IMG/VR virus record: IMGVR_UViG_3300013117_000371
Source of the DNA: a virus
DNA length: 64,000 bases
Reading direction: 5' to 3' (one strand)
Part shown: piece after piece, positions 1-9,096 of the stretch
How positions within the stretch are numbered: the stretch's first letter is position 1
Layout: every line of letters begins with the position of its first letter
Made by a program: the position numbers and the translations under genes
Notes under the pieces: generated by a model
The model's input: the letters and a program-made list of their open reading frames with translations, nothing else
The model's database searches: none
What the model was told of the DNA's origin: nothing

Positions 1-1249
1 AGGGAAGGTAGGCGTCCACTTCAGTCCCCACCCGGTACTCCTCCAGGTCCGGGAGCCCTAACTCGAAGTAACGGAAGCCCCCTACGAACGTAAAGATGTC
101 TTTGATGTACGCCCCGAACACGATGACTGTGGCGGATTGGCCGCCAGCGCCCCAGTCGACGCCCACGAACATGGGGTACACGCCGGCCCGAGCCAACACG
201 TTATCCTCAGTATTGGGCAGCTCCGCATCGCTGATCTTCTCAATCAGGGCGTCGGTGAAGACCTGCCGGGCCTGCGTCACGGACAGGGCGAAGGACTCCT
301 GCATGGTCTCGATTGGCCGCTGCTCCATGCTGGTCACGATGTCGTCGTAGTCAGTGTAGGGGGCGGCCAACTGAGGCAGCCGGAAGGCGTGCCAGGTGCG
401 GGGGGACTGGGTGCCCGTAGTCCGCAGCCACTTCCCCTCCAAGGTGTCAATGAGCCTCCCACACTTGTCGCAAATGGGGCCGGACCGGGAGAGGTTACGG
501 GGGGTAAGAATGTTCCAATGGAAGGAGTTCATATTGATCTGGCCCACCCCGCTGGACATCGACCGGCAAGAGCAAGGGATGCCCCACTCATGCTGGACGG
601 AGTACTTGTCCCAGTACACCCAGGCAGTGTTGTCAGTGGACAAGGGTGTGGCCGCATGGAGCTCATACTTGTAGGGGGAGTGGTGGAGCGAATGCTGCAA
701 CACCGGCACCACCTCCAACTGCACCAGCTCAAGCTCGTCCATCTCCAACATGTCAGCAGGCACACCACGAATTCGGGCGGCGTCACCAAAGGCGGTGCCT
801 GTCAGGATGCGGGAGCCAGTGTAGCTCTCCTTCTCCCGCCGGTTGTACATCAGCTGGACACCCCGCGTGTCGTAGATGCTCCTGAGGAACTCGGAGTGTT
901 TGATGAACCCGTCCAGCTTCCAGTGGGAGAACTCCATCGCTTGGGTGAGCGTCCCCGAAGTGTACTGGACGGTCATAGTCTGCAAAGTAGAAAGCAGGAG
1001 GGGAATTACCGCCAACGAGGTCGATTTTTCCAGTTGCCGGCCCCACAGAAAAAACATCTTCCTCATTGCCGGAAAGCTGTCCACAATCTGCCGGAGGAAA
1101 GGGCGGTCTTCATAACTGAGAGGCACCACCCCACTTGGAGTTTGGATGTTCAACAAAGTGGGCGCTAATTCAGACAGCGGAATAGGGGGCAACTCCAAAA
1201 TTTCCTCTTCCGACTCCTTGGGCGGTAACTGCCTGAACGGGAAAAGCAA
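1..1249 (-). CDS. terL: Phage terminase large subunit (GpA-like); 3' end lies beyond the left window edge
   Basis: Manual translation of the minus strand is open from a TTG at 1249 (after an AGGGGGGAC SD) to base 1. It contains LSYEDRPFLRQI, Walker A-like GRQLEKST, Walker B-like RIRGVPADMLEMDE, Cys pairs (CSC, CDKC) and the nuclease motif MFVGVDWG. Absent from the ORF track because there is no stop inside the window. Confidence 0.85.
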   Translation of the reverse strand, partial: MLFPFRQLPPKESEEEILELPPIPLSELAPTLLNIQTPSGVVPLSYEDRPFLRQIVDSFPAMRKMFFLWGRQLEKSTSLAVIPLLLSTLQTMTVQYTSGTLTQAMEFSHWKLDGFIKHSEFLRSIYDTRGVQLMYNRREKESYTGSRILTGTAFGDAARIRGVPADMLEMDELELVQLEVVPVLQHSLHHSPYKYELHAATPLSTDNTAWVYWDKYSVQHEWGIPCSCRSMSSGVGQINMNSFHWNILTPRNLSRSGPICDKCGRLIDTLEGKWLRTTGTQSPRTWHAFRLPQLAAPYTDYDDIVTSMEQRPIETMQESFALSVTQARQVFTDALIEKISDAELPNTEDNVLARAGVYPMFVGVDWGAGGQSATVIVFGAYIKDIFTFVGGFRYFELGLPDLEEYRVGTEVDAYLP

Positions 1250-1273
1250 GAGGTCCCCCCTTTTCGTCGTGGT

Positions 1274-1303
1274 ATTATAGCACTTAGTCGCCTTGAAAGG
1301 CAA
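1274..1303 (-). promoter_or_regulatory. sigma70-like promoter for terminase
   Basis: TTGCCT-N18-TATAAT with TGC before the -10 box, ~25 nt upstream of the start. Confidence 0.6.
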
Positions 1304-1410
1304 CCCTAACTACGAGGAGTACGCAACAGCCCTGAACAAGGAGCGCTCCCCCCGTCCTGCGGGCCCAGGGGAGACGTAGCCACCAGCACAAGGCTAAAGA
1401 AACTCGTTTT

Positions 1411-3216
1411 TTAACCTTGTGCCGGCACCGCTCGGCGAATGCACATCTCACACCGGCCGCAAGGGGAGCCGTTCTTCTGAGGAAACCAACATGACCAGGT
1501 CCGCTTGAGGATTGGGAGGTACTCCCGTTCTTCGCTGACGGCCAGCATGTGAGCCTTGGTACTCCTGATAAGGGGGAACACAAAGGGGCGGAAAATCTCG
1601 AGGGCCTTGTCTGTCAGCTCCGAGTAAGGTTTCAGCCGAATTCCCTGGGGAGTATCCACCACGTCGCTGCGGAGGAGCTTCTCCGCCCGCCCCCCCACCT
1701 CGATGCACAGCTCCATCTCCCCAAAGTGCTTAGCGAACCGGCAAAACGCCTCGTACTGCCTGCCCATCCTCTCCTTACCCGTGCCGCCGTACCCGATCTG
1801 TTTGGCTGCGGCAGTTACCAGGTGGTCGCCGGGGATGCCGTGAGATATCGAGTGGTCCCCCGGCCGGCCAACGTGCATGGTGGGGAGCACCTTACTTCGA
1901 GGGAACCTCTTCCGCAACAAGGGCCGGAGGGCCTGCATGGTGACAATTTCGGACATTTGGTTCTTGCGCATGTCAAGGGCGCTGGCCAAGTACACTGGGA
2001 GCACCTCTGCCCCCCCGTCCAGCAATTGGCAGATGCGGAACGTGGAGTCCCACCCCCCGGTCCACAGGACCGCCACGGGCCGGTCTCCCCCCACTGCCCG
2101 CATGTGCATCTCCCGCCCGGAAACCAAGGCCAACTGCTGCTCCTTATGCACGACCATCTCCGGATTGGCAATACCAGTGGACTTTCGAAAGGCGATATCG
2201 ATGGTGCGGCTCCCCTTCCCCGCCATGCCGTAGCAGGCGTTGATCTCCCATACCACCAGGTCGCCCTCGGGGGTGTACGAGTAGTCTACCGCCCCCGCAT
2301 CCAACCCCACCGCCCGGGCAGCTCGGAGTAGTATCTCGTCCCGGGCGGGGTCCGCCTCAGTGAACAAGCGCTGATTCTCCGCCACTGAAACAGGGCAACG
2401 CACTCCCACGGTGTGCCCCAGAGTCACTATCCACTGGTCGGAGAACATTGCCTGCCTGGGAATTACAGTGCCGCCGGCAATGTAGCAGCGGTATTTGCTG
2501 TAGAACCCGTCTCCCCGGCGCACATCGATATACTCCACTGCCAGGTCCAACTCAGGGTGCGCTTGGCGAATCTCCCGTTCCTCTTCCCGGGACCGGGCCA
2601 GGTACATGGAATTCCCCTGGCTCATTTTGCGGTCCCTCCGCAAAACAACCGGGTAGGGCAACCGCACTTCCTCCTTGGGGCCCAGCCGCTGGGACTGGGG
2701 GCACTTGATGCCCGCCTCCGCCCACTGCTGTAAAGAAGCGTGATGCCCGCACGCCTTTGTGGGTATCCCACTGAACACCGGGATTTTCAACTCCCGAGCC
2801 CGGGCCAGCAAACGCCGAGAGCGTTCCCAGAAAGGCCAAGGCTCGTCGCACGCCTCCCACCCGTGCGGCCATAGGAGGATGAGGTCGTAGCTGCGCAACT
2901 CTTCTTCCGGCAACTCGGGGTCTTCGCACAACGACCACTCCCAATGGAGGTCGTCCAGAATGCCCATGTGCAAAGCGGTCATGTAGGCCAAAGTTGCCCG
3001 CACGTATCCTACATGGAGGACGAAAAAAAGGGCCTTCATGCGGCGGGGGACCGAAGTAGGGCGGGCGCTCCCCCGCATCACTCCGTGCGGCTGCGGTTGG
3101 GTAATGTAATCGGGTCCGTTGATGACGGGGCGGGGGCGGCGCACAACCCGGGGCTGCCCTGAAGGGGGCAAAACTACCACTGGTCCCCGCCGCCTGCGCG
3201 GCCGCCGTCGTTGCAT
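1411..3216 (-). CDS. Fusion: Arg/Pro-rich N-tail + ATP-grasp (RimK-like) ligase + QueC-like PP-loop ATPase
   Basis: ATP-grasp features (YPVVLRR, AVEYIDV, KYRCYIAGG, GAVDYSYTPEGDLVVWEIN); PP-loop AVLWTGGWDST; C-terminal TWSCWFP...PCGRCEMCIRR Zn motif as in QueC. Confidence 0.7.
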   Translation of the reverse strand: MQRRRPRRRRGPVVVLPPSGQPRVVRRPRPVINGPDYITQPQPHGVMRGSARPTSVPRRMKALFFVLHVGYVRATLAYMTALHMGILDDLHWEWSLCEDPELPEEELRSYDLILLWPHGWEACDEPWPFWERSRRLLARARELKIPVFSGIPTKACGHHASLQQWAEAGIKCPQSQRLGPKEEVRLPYPVVLRRDRKMSQGNSMYLARSREEEREIRQAHPELDLAVEYIDVRRGDGFYSKYRCYIAGGTVIPRQAMFSDQWIVTLGHTVGVRCPVSVAENQRLFTEADPARDEILLRAARAVGLDAGAVDYSYTPEGDLVVWEINACYGMAGKGSRTIDIAFRKSTGIANPEMVVHKEQQLALVSGREMHMRAVGGDRPVAVLWTGGWDSTFRICQLLDGGAEVLPVYLASALDMRKNQMSEIVTMQALRPLLRKRFPRSKVLPTMHVGRPGDHSISHGIPGDHLVTAAAKQIGYGGTGKERMGRQYEAFCRFAKHFGEMELCIEVGGRAEKLLRSDVVDTPQGIRLKPYSELTDKALEIFRPFVFPLIRSTKAHMLAVSEEREYLPILKRTWSCWFPQKNGSPCGRCEMCIRRAVPAQG

Positions 3217-3226
3217 GGCACCCCCG

Positions 3227-4543
3227 TCAGCCCACTAATGGGCGACCGATGGACCAATAGGTGAATCCCGCCGCCCTCATTTCCTCCAGGCGGAACAAGT
3301 TGCGGCCGTCGAAGATCACCGGGGTGTTCATGGCCTCCTGAACTGCACCTAAGTCCGCCCCCTGGAACATCCCCCACTCGGTCATAATGGCCAGCGCATC
3401 CGCCCCCGCCACCGCAGCGTACAGGTCACCCGCAAAGGTGACCCCCGTAGGAAAAAGCTCCTGTGCTTTGGGCATCGCCGCCGGGTCGTACGCAACAACT
3501 TCAGCCCCCTGCGCCAACAACTGGACCAACAGCTCCCGTGCGGGGGCTTCCCTCATGTCGTCGGTGTTCGGTTTGAAAGCCAGCCCCCACACGGCCACCC
3601 GCTTCCCTGCAAGCCCACCCCGGTCCTTGAAGTAGCTGATAAGTGAGCGCCCTACCAATTGACGTTGCTGGGTGTTTACTTCATCGACACTGTGCGCTAT
3701 GCGTAGAGGAATATCGAGCTCGTTGGCCATGCGCAGCAAGGCACGCACGTCCTTGGGAAAACAGGAACCACCGTACCCGGCGCCGGCGAACAGGAAACGG
3801 TCCCCGATGCGGGCGTCCGCCCCCATCCCTCGGCGGACGGCGTCGACATCGCCGCCTACCGCAGCGCACAAGTCGGCCATCTCATTCATGAAGGAGATTC
3901 GCGTAGCCAACATAGCGTTGGCTCCGTACTTGGTAATCTCGGCACTCACTGCGTCCATGAACAAGATACGGCCGGTGCGCCGGTAAAAGGGGGCGTAGAG
4001 CGTCCTCATTACTGCCTGGGTAACGGGGCAACTCGAGCCGATGACGACGCGGTCCGGATTCAAGAAGTCCGCAACCGCCGTGCCCTCCTTGAGAAACTCG
4101 GGATTGGAGACCACCTCGATGGCCTCCCCGGCAGCCGCGCGGATAATCGCCGTAACTCGGGCGTTGGTGCCGACCGGCACGGTGCTCTTCAAGACCACTA
4201 TTTGGCCCTTGGACACAACCTCCCCGACCTGCTGCGCTACCGCGAGGACGTTGGAAAGGTCCGCCGAGCCGTCGACATCGGAGGGGGTACCCACAGCAAT
4301 GAACAGCACCTCGGACACCTTAACCGCGTCGTGCAAGTCGGTTGTAAATCGAAGGTTCCCTGTGGCCAACGCCCTACCCAAGCGCTGCTCCAAGCCAGGC
4401 TCGTAAATGTGAGGTACTCCCCGCGTCAAATTTTCCACCACGGCGGCGTTGCTGTCGACGCCGACAACGCTGTGGCCCTTTTCTGCAAAGCCAACCGCAG
4501 CGACCAAGCCTACGTACCCGGTTCCTACCAGTGCTATCTGCAT
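3227..4543 (-). CDS. ugd: UDP-glucose 6-dehydrogenase
   Basis: IALVGTGYVGL Rossmann motif, FIAVGTP, VLKSTVPVGT, SNPEFLKEG, GAGYGGSCFPKD, GLAFKPNTDDMRE, IFDGRN; GGAGG SD before the ATG at 4543. Confidence 0.95.
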   Translation of the reverse strand: MQIALVGTGYVGLVAAVGFAEKGHSVVGVDSNAAVVENLTRGVPHIYEPGLEQRLGRALATGNLRFTTDLHDAVKVSEVLFIAVGTPSDVDGSADLSNVLAVAQQVGEVVSKGQIVVLKSTVPVGTNARVTAIIRAAAGEAIEVVSNPEFLKEGTAVADFLNPDRVVIGSSCPVTQAVMRTLYAPFYRRTGRILFMDAVSAEITKYGANAMLATRISFMNEMADLCAAVGGDVDAVRRGMGADARIGDRFLFAGAGYGGSCFPKDVRALLRMANELDIPLRIAHSVDEVNTQQRQLVGRSLISYFKDRGGLAGKRVAVWGLAFKPNTDDMREAPARELLVQLLAQGAEVVAYDPAAMPKAQELFPTGVTFAGDLYAAVAGADALAIMTEWGMFQGADLGAVQEAMNTPVIFDGRNLFRLEEMRAAGFTYWSIGRPLVG

Positions 4544-4558
4544 CACTACCTCCGTCAA

Positions 4559-4801
4559 TTACTGAACTAACCGCAGCCCCGCCACACGCGCGTGTAGTGA
4601 ACTCAACGCCCCCACTTCAGGGGTCTCCGCCCAGCGCACATAGGCTTTCACTCGCGTTGCCAGGAAGCGCAGCAACGCCCATTGCTCAGTTGCCGACAAC
4701 GTTGCCGGAGGGACGTCGTGCGAGTAAGGGAAGTTCACCAGGGTCTGGTTCACAAATGCGGCTACCGGTGACGACCCAAGTATCTGGAAAACCCCCATCA
4801 C
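4559..4801 (-). CDS. Hypothetical protein (80 aa) in the modification operon
   Basis: Translationally coupled to both neighbours; no recognised motif. Confidence 0.6.
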   Translation of the reverse strand: MMGVFQILGSSPVAAFVNQTLVNFPYSHDVPPATLSATEQWALLRFLATRVKAYVRWAETPEVGALSSLHARVAGLRLVQ

Positions 4802-5529
4802 TCAGCTCCATCCTTAATTATTTGCGCAGCCTCTGCCCGCAACCATTCCCCTACTACTGGTACGAAGTCGTCGCTGTAGTGCGTAGGGCTCACCAACGCC
4901 TGCGCCAAGTCAGCAGGGAGTAGTAGCGACGGGTCCACTACCCGCACCCCCTCTACACGGCAAGACCGCAGCAACGCAAGGAGGACGTCCCTCCTTCGGC
5001 TCCTCCCGGGATTGCCGAAGGGGGCAAAGTCAGCGTTGAAGTGCGACACCACCAGCAAGGGGCACCCCAATAACCGACGCAGAACCGAAAGGTCCCGATT
5101 AATGTCGTTGACGTCCAAGAACCTCCGGTGTATCCCCCCAACCAACGGGGGCGCCCCCCCGTTGCCCCCTACTAAATGATCGCCGTCCCAGCTCATTTGG
5201 TACTTGTCCAGCACCTGCTCCTTGACACACCACCGGTGCAGCACGTACCGTCCCAGTTCGGCCTGCCGGAAGGTGCTGATTTCCACTACCGCCACAGCCA
5301 ATTTGGGAACGGGGACGGGCTCCTGGGGATGCTGCAAGATGAGATCCCGCAACTCGCAGGGAATCCTAACCTCGCCGACGACGTAGCCGACGAGTTGGGC
5401 TGCCTCACCCGAAGTGTGGGTCAGACCGTACAGGTCAGCGAAGCTATGCAATTTAGTTGGGCGGGGGAAACCCTCCCCTCCCCAAGCTAAGGGGGTGGCC
5501 ACCCGGCAACTGCCAATGACCCCAATCAT
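4798..5529 (-). CDS. Hypothetical protein with N-terminal GSCRV motif, possibly SGNH/GSCFA-like
   Basis: MIGVIGSCRVATPL, YGLTHTSGE, AVVEIST, LVVSHFN, PTHYSDD; ATGA overlaps with neighbours. Confidence 0.6.
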   Translation of the reverse strand: MIGVIGSCRVATPLAWGGEGFPRPTKLHSFADLYGLTHTSGEAAQLVGYVVGEVRIPCELRDLILQHPQEPVPVPKLAVAVVEISTFRQAELGRYVLHRWCVKEQVLDKYQMSWDGDHLVGGNGGAPPLVGGIHRRFLDVNDINRDLSVLRRLLGCPLLVVSHFNADFAPFGNPGRSRRRDVLLALLRSCRVEGVRVVDPSLLLPADLAQALVSPTHYSDDFVPVVGEWLRAEAAQIIKDGAE

Positions 5530-6536
5530 GGTTTGTCCCCACTAAGTTGCACCGACAAGGGGGAAAGCAAAGTACCTTCCGGATACAACGCAGCAACCGA
5601 GTCAGGGACAGCAACATGATTGGTCGTTGTCATCGCCACATTGGCCAAGCCGACATCCCGGAACAACCTCTCCCATTCGTGCGCCCGCAACCGATTCTGT
5701 GGGTAACCTACGCAATTGTCCCCCACTGCTCGGCGATAGTCTTCTTCCGACCAGGTCAAGAAATCCAGCGGCCCTTCGCCTAAACCGTGCCCGTCGATAC
5801 CGATAGTTGCCAAGAGCAGCGCTCCCGGACGAAGTAAGTCGTACATACGTTGCACGCAAGCAGCTGGATTAGGGACGTGCTCCAACGTCACTACGGAATA
5901 CACCAAGTCAAAACACGACTCCCCCGGAAAGTCCTCTACTCGAGTAGCGTAACGAACGCACCCCAAAGCAGGCGATAGGTCGGGAACATCAACAAAACGA
6001 GTAAGTAGGGAAACCAACGCTTGCAAATTCGTCTGGGGGCCCTCGTCTAACGTGGCCCCACTGAAAACGGCCCCCCGCATACCGCACGCAAGCAATTGCC
6101 CGTGATGGTCCGGGCCGAACCCCATCTCGAACACGTCTCGAGGGTCGTGGCCCCGCAACTTTCGGTACCACCTGAATTGCTGAGCTACCCCCGCCATATT
6201 GTGGAGCGGGCTCCCGCTGGTGTCCGCCCCTCGCAGTACCGTTCGGGCAACAAGGCCCTCCACTGCTGCAATATCAGCGTACCACCCCCGAGCCTGGGCA
6301 ACTCGCCGTACCAGGAAACGCCCCACACAGGGAGTGCACTCAAGAGGGGTACCCTTATCTGTTAGAACCACCGGAATTACTCGGTAAGTGCCTAACAATT
6401 CCTGCAAACTACGGGGGACCGCCGCCCACTCCTCTACACTGGTGAGGAAGAGGGTACCGCCATAGGTCCGCTCGAACCACTGAGTGAACTGGTCCAACCC
6501 ACAAGCCCCTGTTACACACTCTATAGGCGTATCCAT
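5526..6536 (-). CDS. Class I SAM-dependent methyltransferase (paralog 1)
   Basis: VFEMGFG (motif I-like), FDLVYSVVTLEHV, YDLLRPGA. Confidence 0.8.
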   Translation of the reverse strand: MDTPIECVTGACGLDQFTQWFERTYGGTLFLTSVEEWAAVPRSLQELLGTYRVIPVVLTDKGTPLECTPCVGRFLVRRVAQARGWYADIAAVEGLVARTVLRGADTSGSPLHNMAGVAQQFRWYRKLRGHDPRDVFEMGFGPDHHGQLLACGMRGAVFSGATLDEGPQTNLQALVSLLTRFVDVPDLSPALGCVRYATRVEDFPGESCFDLVYSVVTLEHVPNPAACVQRMYDLLRPGALLLATIGIDGHGLGEGPLDFLTWSEEDYRRAVGDNCVGYPQNRLRAHEWERLFRDVGLANVAMTTTNHVAVPDSVAALYPEGTLLSPLSVQLSGDKP

Positions 6537-6550
6537 CAGCCAAAAATCTC

Positions 6551-7162
6551 CTAATCGACCAACGTGTGCAGATAGGCAGCTCCTGACTCTCCGTACCTGG
6601 CCGAGTAGGGCCCGCCTGCCTGCTCCCAGGCAATAACCTCAGCAGGGTCTGCAATCAAGTCAGCAACCGACTTCAGCCCTCGCGAAGCAAAGCCAAACAG
6701 GGGGTCGAAAAACACGTAGCCCCCCTTCAGTAAAAACTCCACAACTGTGTGCTGCACTCCTGCCGCATTTGCAATGTGGACGTAGCGGGAAAAATACCCG
6801 ATAGTTGCCCCCAGGTAACGCAGAGCCAAACAGTACCCGGCACATGCGGCGACGTCCTCCCCCCGGAACAGCTTAGCCAGGTCGAAATGCTGATGCCAGT
6901 CGTCCTCCGGAATGCCAAGCTTAATGTTGTGCCGCACGTACCCCATGATAAAGGCAAGGAAGGCGTATTGCGCTGAAGGCACCCACAAGTTATGCACTAG
7001 ATTGTACACCGCCCCCCAAGGCTGACCTACCAGGTCGACCCCATAGTTGAACATACACCGGTCCATGTGCGTGCGTGCGCAAGCCAAATTGCGCCGAGCG
7101 AGCCTTACCCGAGGTTCTCCCACAACTTGTAGTACTCCGCATTGATAAAGTGGTGCGTCCAT
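6551..7162 (-). CDS. Transglutaminase-like (Cys-His-Asp) protein
   Basis: ACAGYCLAL...HTVVEF...VFFDPLFG triad pattern; SD before the ATG at 7162. Confidence 0.65.
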   Translation of the reverse strand: MDAPLYQCGVLQVVGEPRVRLARRNLACARTHMDRCMFNYGVDLVGQPWGAVYNLVHNLWVPSAQYAFLAFIMGYVRHNIKLGIPEDDWHQHFDLAKLFRGEDVAACAGYCLALRYLGATIGYFSRYVHIANAAGVQHTVVEFLLKGGYVFFDPLFGFASRGLKSVADLIADPAEVIAWEQAGGPYSARYGESGAAYLHTLVD

Positions 7163-8097
7163 TGCCACTCCCCCCTGGCAGCGTAGCACCGGTCACACTT
7201 GGCGCTCCTAGTATCGAAACGGTACCGTCCCTGCTTGACGATTTCCTCCCAGCTGCTCTCAGTCACGTTACCAATCGAGGCGTCGTACCTGTTGCAGCAG
7301 GGAAAAACATCCCCAGTGGGGCGCACGTACATGTACTTCGGGAAGGAACACCCAGGCACAGCCCACACAGGGGAGGCGCCATACTCACCCCCAATCCCGT
7401 GGACTGCCCCGAAGGAGATGCCGTGGCCTTCGCAGTAAGCCTGGGTTTCTTCCAAGCATTGCTGGTACTCCTCGCGTAACCCGTACAGGCTCTCTCCGAC
7501 CATCTCCTCAGTGCAGACATGCAACGTGTTGAGGAAAATCCACCGAATCCCCGGCAGCAACCGCAACAAGGGGATCACGTCCCCCATATTGCGGGCCGTA
7601 GCCATGTAGGAAAGCCCAACGTAGTTCCACCTACTCAGTGTGCTAATAGCCTCTCGGACGTTCTCCAAGACTACGTCGAACTTAGCCCCGGTACGCAGCC
7701 GCTCAAAGTTGTCCTTGAGCCCGTCCATTGAAAAGGACAACGAGTAGGTGTTGCGATTCAACAACGGCCACAGTTCCTGAGCTGGGAAGCGCCACATCCC
7801 GTTGGTGTTCAACTTCAAGGCAAACTTCCCATTCATATTGAGGTAGTCCAGCATCTTCAAGAAGTCGGGGTGGGTAGTGTGCTCCCCCTCCGAATTGATC
7901 TCGATGGTCCGATAAGGCGGGAGCTGGTCAATCAGCGCCTGCCACACGGCAAAGGGCATCCACTCGAGCTTTTTTTTCTCCTTGGTGTGCTGAGACCCGC
8001 ACATGCGGCAAGTGAGGTTGCACCCGGTAGTTAGCACAACATTAACGGCCTCTTGCGCCAATTGCTCGGTGCGCAACATGTGCGGGTACTCGGCCAT
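7105..8097 (-). CDS. Radical SAM enzyme with SPASM/Twitch domain
   Basis: CNLTCRMC (CxxxCxxC), GEHTTHPDF, LNTNG, SFSMDG, C-terminal CSFP..MYVRPTGDVFPCC...IGNV...CDRC. Confidence 0.9.
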   Translation of the reverse strand: MAEYPHMLRTEQLAQEAVNVVLTTGCNLTCRMCGSQHTKEKKKLEWMPFAVWQALIDQLPPYRTIEINSEGEHTTHPDFLKMLDYLNMNGKFALKLNTNGMWRFPAQELWPLLNRNTYSLSFSMDGLKDNFERLRTGAKFDVVLENVREAISTLSRWNYVGLSYMATARNMGDVIPLLRLLPGIRWIFLNTLHVCTEEMVGESLYGLREEYQQCLEETQAYCEGHGISFGAVHGIGGEYGASPVWAVPGCSFPKYMYVRPTGDVFPCCNRYDASIGNVTESSWEEIVKQGRYRFDTRSAKCDRCYAARGEWQWTHHFINAEYYKLWENLG

Positions 8098-8106
8098 TTC
8101 GCCCCT

Positions 8107-9096
8107 CTACACAGAACCGTAGGTGATCAGCTCGGTTACGTCGGCGTCCTCCCCCGTTACCTGGGAGTTCTCCGGGAGCTCGGTACGGTTCCGCACCTCG
8201 AACTCGACCTGCATTCCGGCCTGCTTCACTTGTGCCACGTACCAAGGCGCCCGCTCCCGGCGGCAGGGGAGGTACCCATGATGGTCCAAGTAGCCAACTT
8301 GCGCAGCCTCCCACTCTTCCTGCGTCATGGTCAAGAAGTGAAGCGGGTGCGGATCTCCGGAAATGCCATGACCGGACAAATCGGTGTAAGCAATGAACTG
8401 CCCACCCTTCTTGAGCAACCTCCGCACTTCACCCAGGAAGCCTTGCATGTTTTCCACGTGCTCCAGGACTACGTGCGCAAAGATGAGATCGTACTTCTTC
8501 CGCCGCAAGGGGAACTTCCCCCCTTCGCCCAAACGGTAGTCCCGAGCAACTCGCCGCTCGGCCTTCTCTATGAAAGAGGCAAGGTTGAGCTTGGCCAGTA
8601 CCTCCCGCTCCACCTCACGGAGCTCAGGATCGACCTCCCTCACCGCGGTGACGCCGGCGTACTCCGCCCCCCACATGTTGCAAGCGAGCATTGACCCTAC
8701 CGGGCTATCGCCGAAACCAAGCTCGAGAACGGTTTTGGGCAGTTTCCCCATCTTCGCCTCGTAAAGGTCCATATAGAAATTGAGGATGCCTAAGCTGTGA
8801 ATCATGTTCGGCTGCGCATCGAAAAGGGCCGCCGTGATGTCTCGAAAGCCCCGGTTGACCTTACGACTGTGCACAGTGAGCAGGTTCCGAGCGGCGGACC
8901 ACAACGAATCGAAATTGTCAAGTGCTTCGGGGTCGGTGCTGGGCAGCAAGAAGGCTACCCCGTAGCGTTCCCCCAACAGGGTGGCCAGGGGCCCAGGCTC
9001 CTCAGTGACTGCGATGCAGGTGGTGCCTGCTCGCTTTTGCGTCATCTCAGCGAGAACCTCGGGGAGGTACTCAGGCATGTTGACTTTGATAACCAT
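8107..9096 (-). CDS. Class I SAM-dependent methyltransferase (paralog 2)
   Basis: VLELGFG, YDLIFAHVVLEHV, RRLLKKGGQFI; start placed at the ATG after GGAGA (track start 9135 also possible). Confidence 0.8.
   Translation of the reverse strand: MVIKVNMPEYLPEVLAEMTQKRAGTTCIAVTEEPGPLATLLGERYGVAFLLPSTDPEALDNFDSLWSAARNLLTVHSRKVNRGFRDITAALFDAQPNMIHSLGILNFYMDLYEAKMGKLPKTVLELGFGDSPVGSMLACNMWGAEYAGVTAVREVDPELREVEREVLAKLNLASFIEKAERRVARDYRLGEGGKFPLRRKKYDLIFAHVVLEHVENMQGFLGEVRRLLKKGGQFIAYTDLSGHGISGDPHPLHFLTMTQEEWEAAQVGYLDHHGYLPCRRERAPWYVAQVKQAGMQVEFEVRNRTELPENSQVTGEDADVTELITYGSV

Noticed and set aside
137-1168. 343-aa + strand ORF
   Set aside because: Antisense shadow of the terminase gene; no motifs, and long shadow frames are expected in GC-rich coding DNA.
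1411-2100. 7-deazaguanine (preQ0/dpd) DNA modification via QueC
   Set aside because: No folE, queD, queE or dpdA in the window; the domain has the WTGGWDS variant and sits among sugar enzymes.
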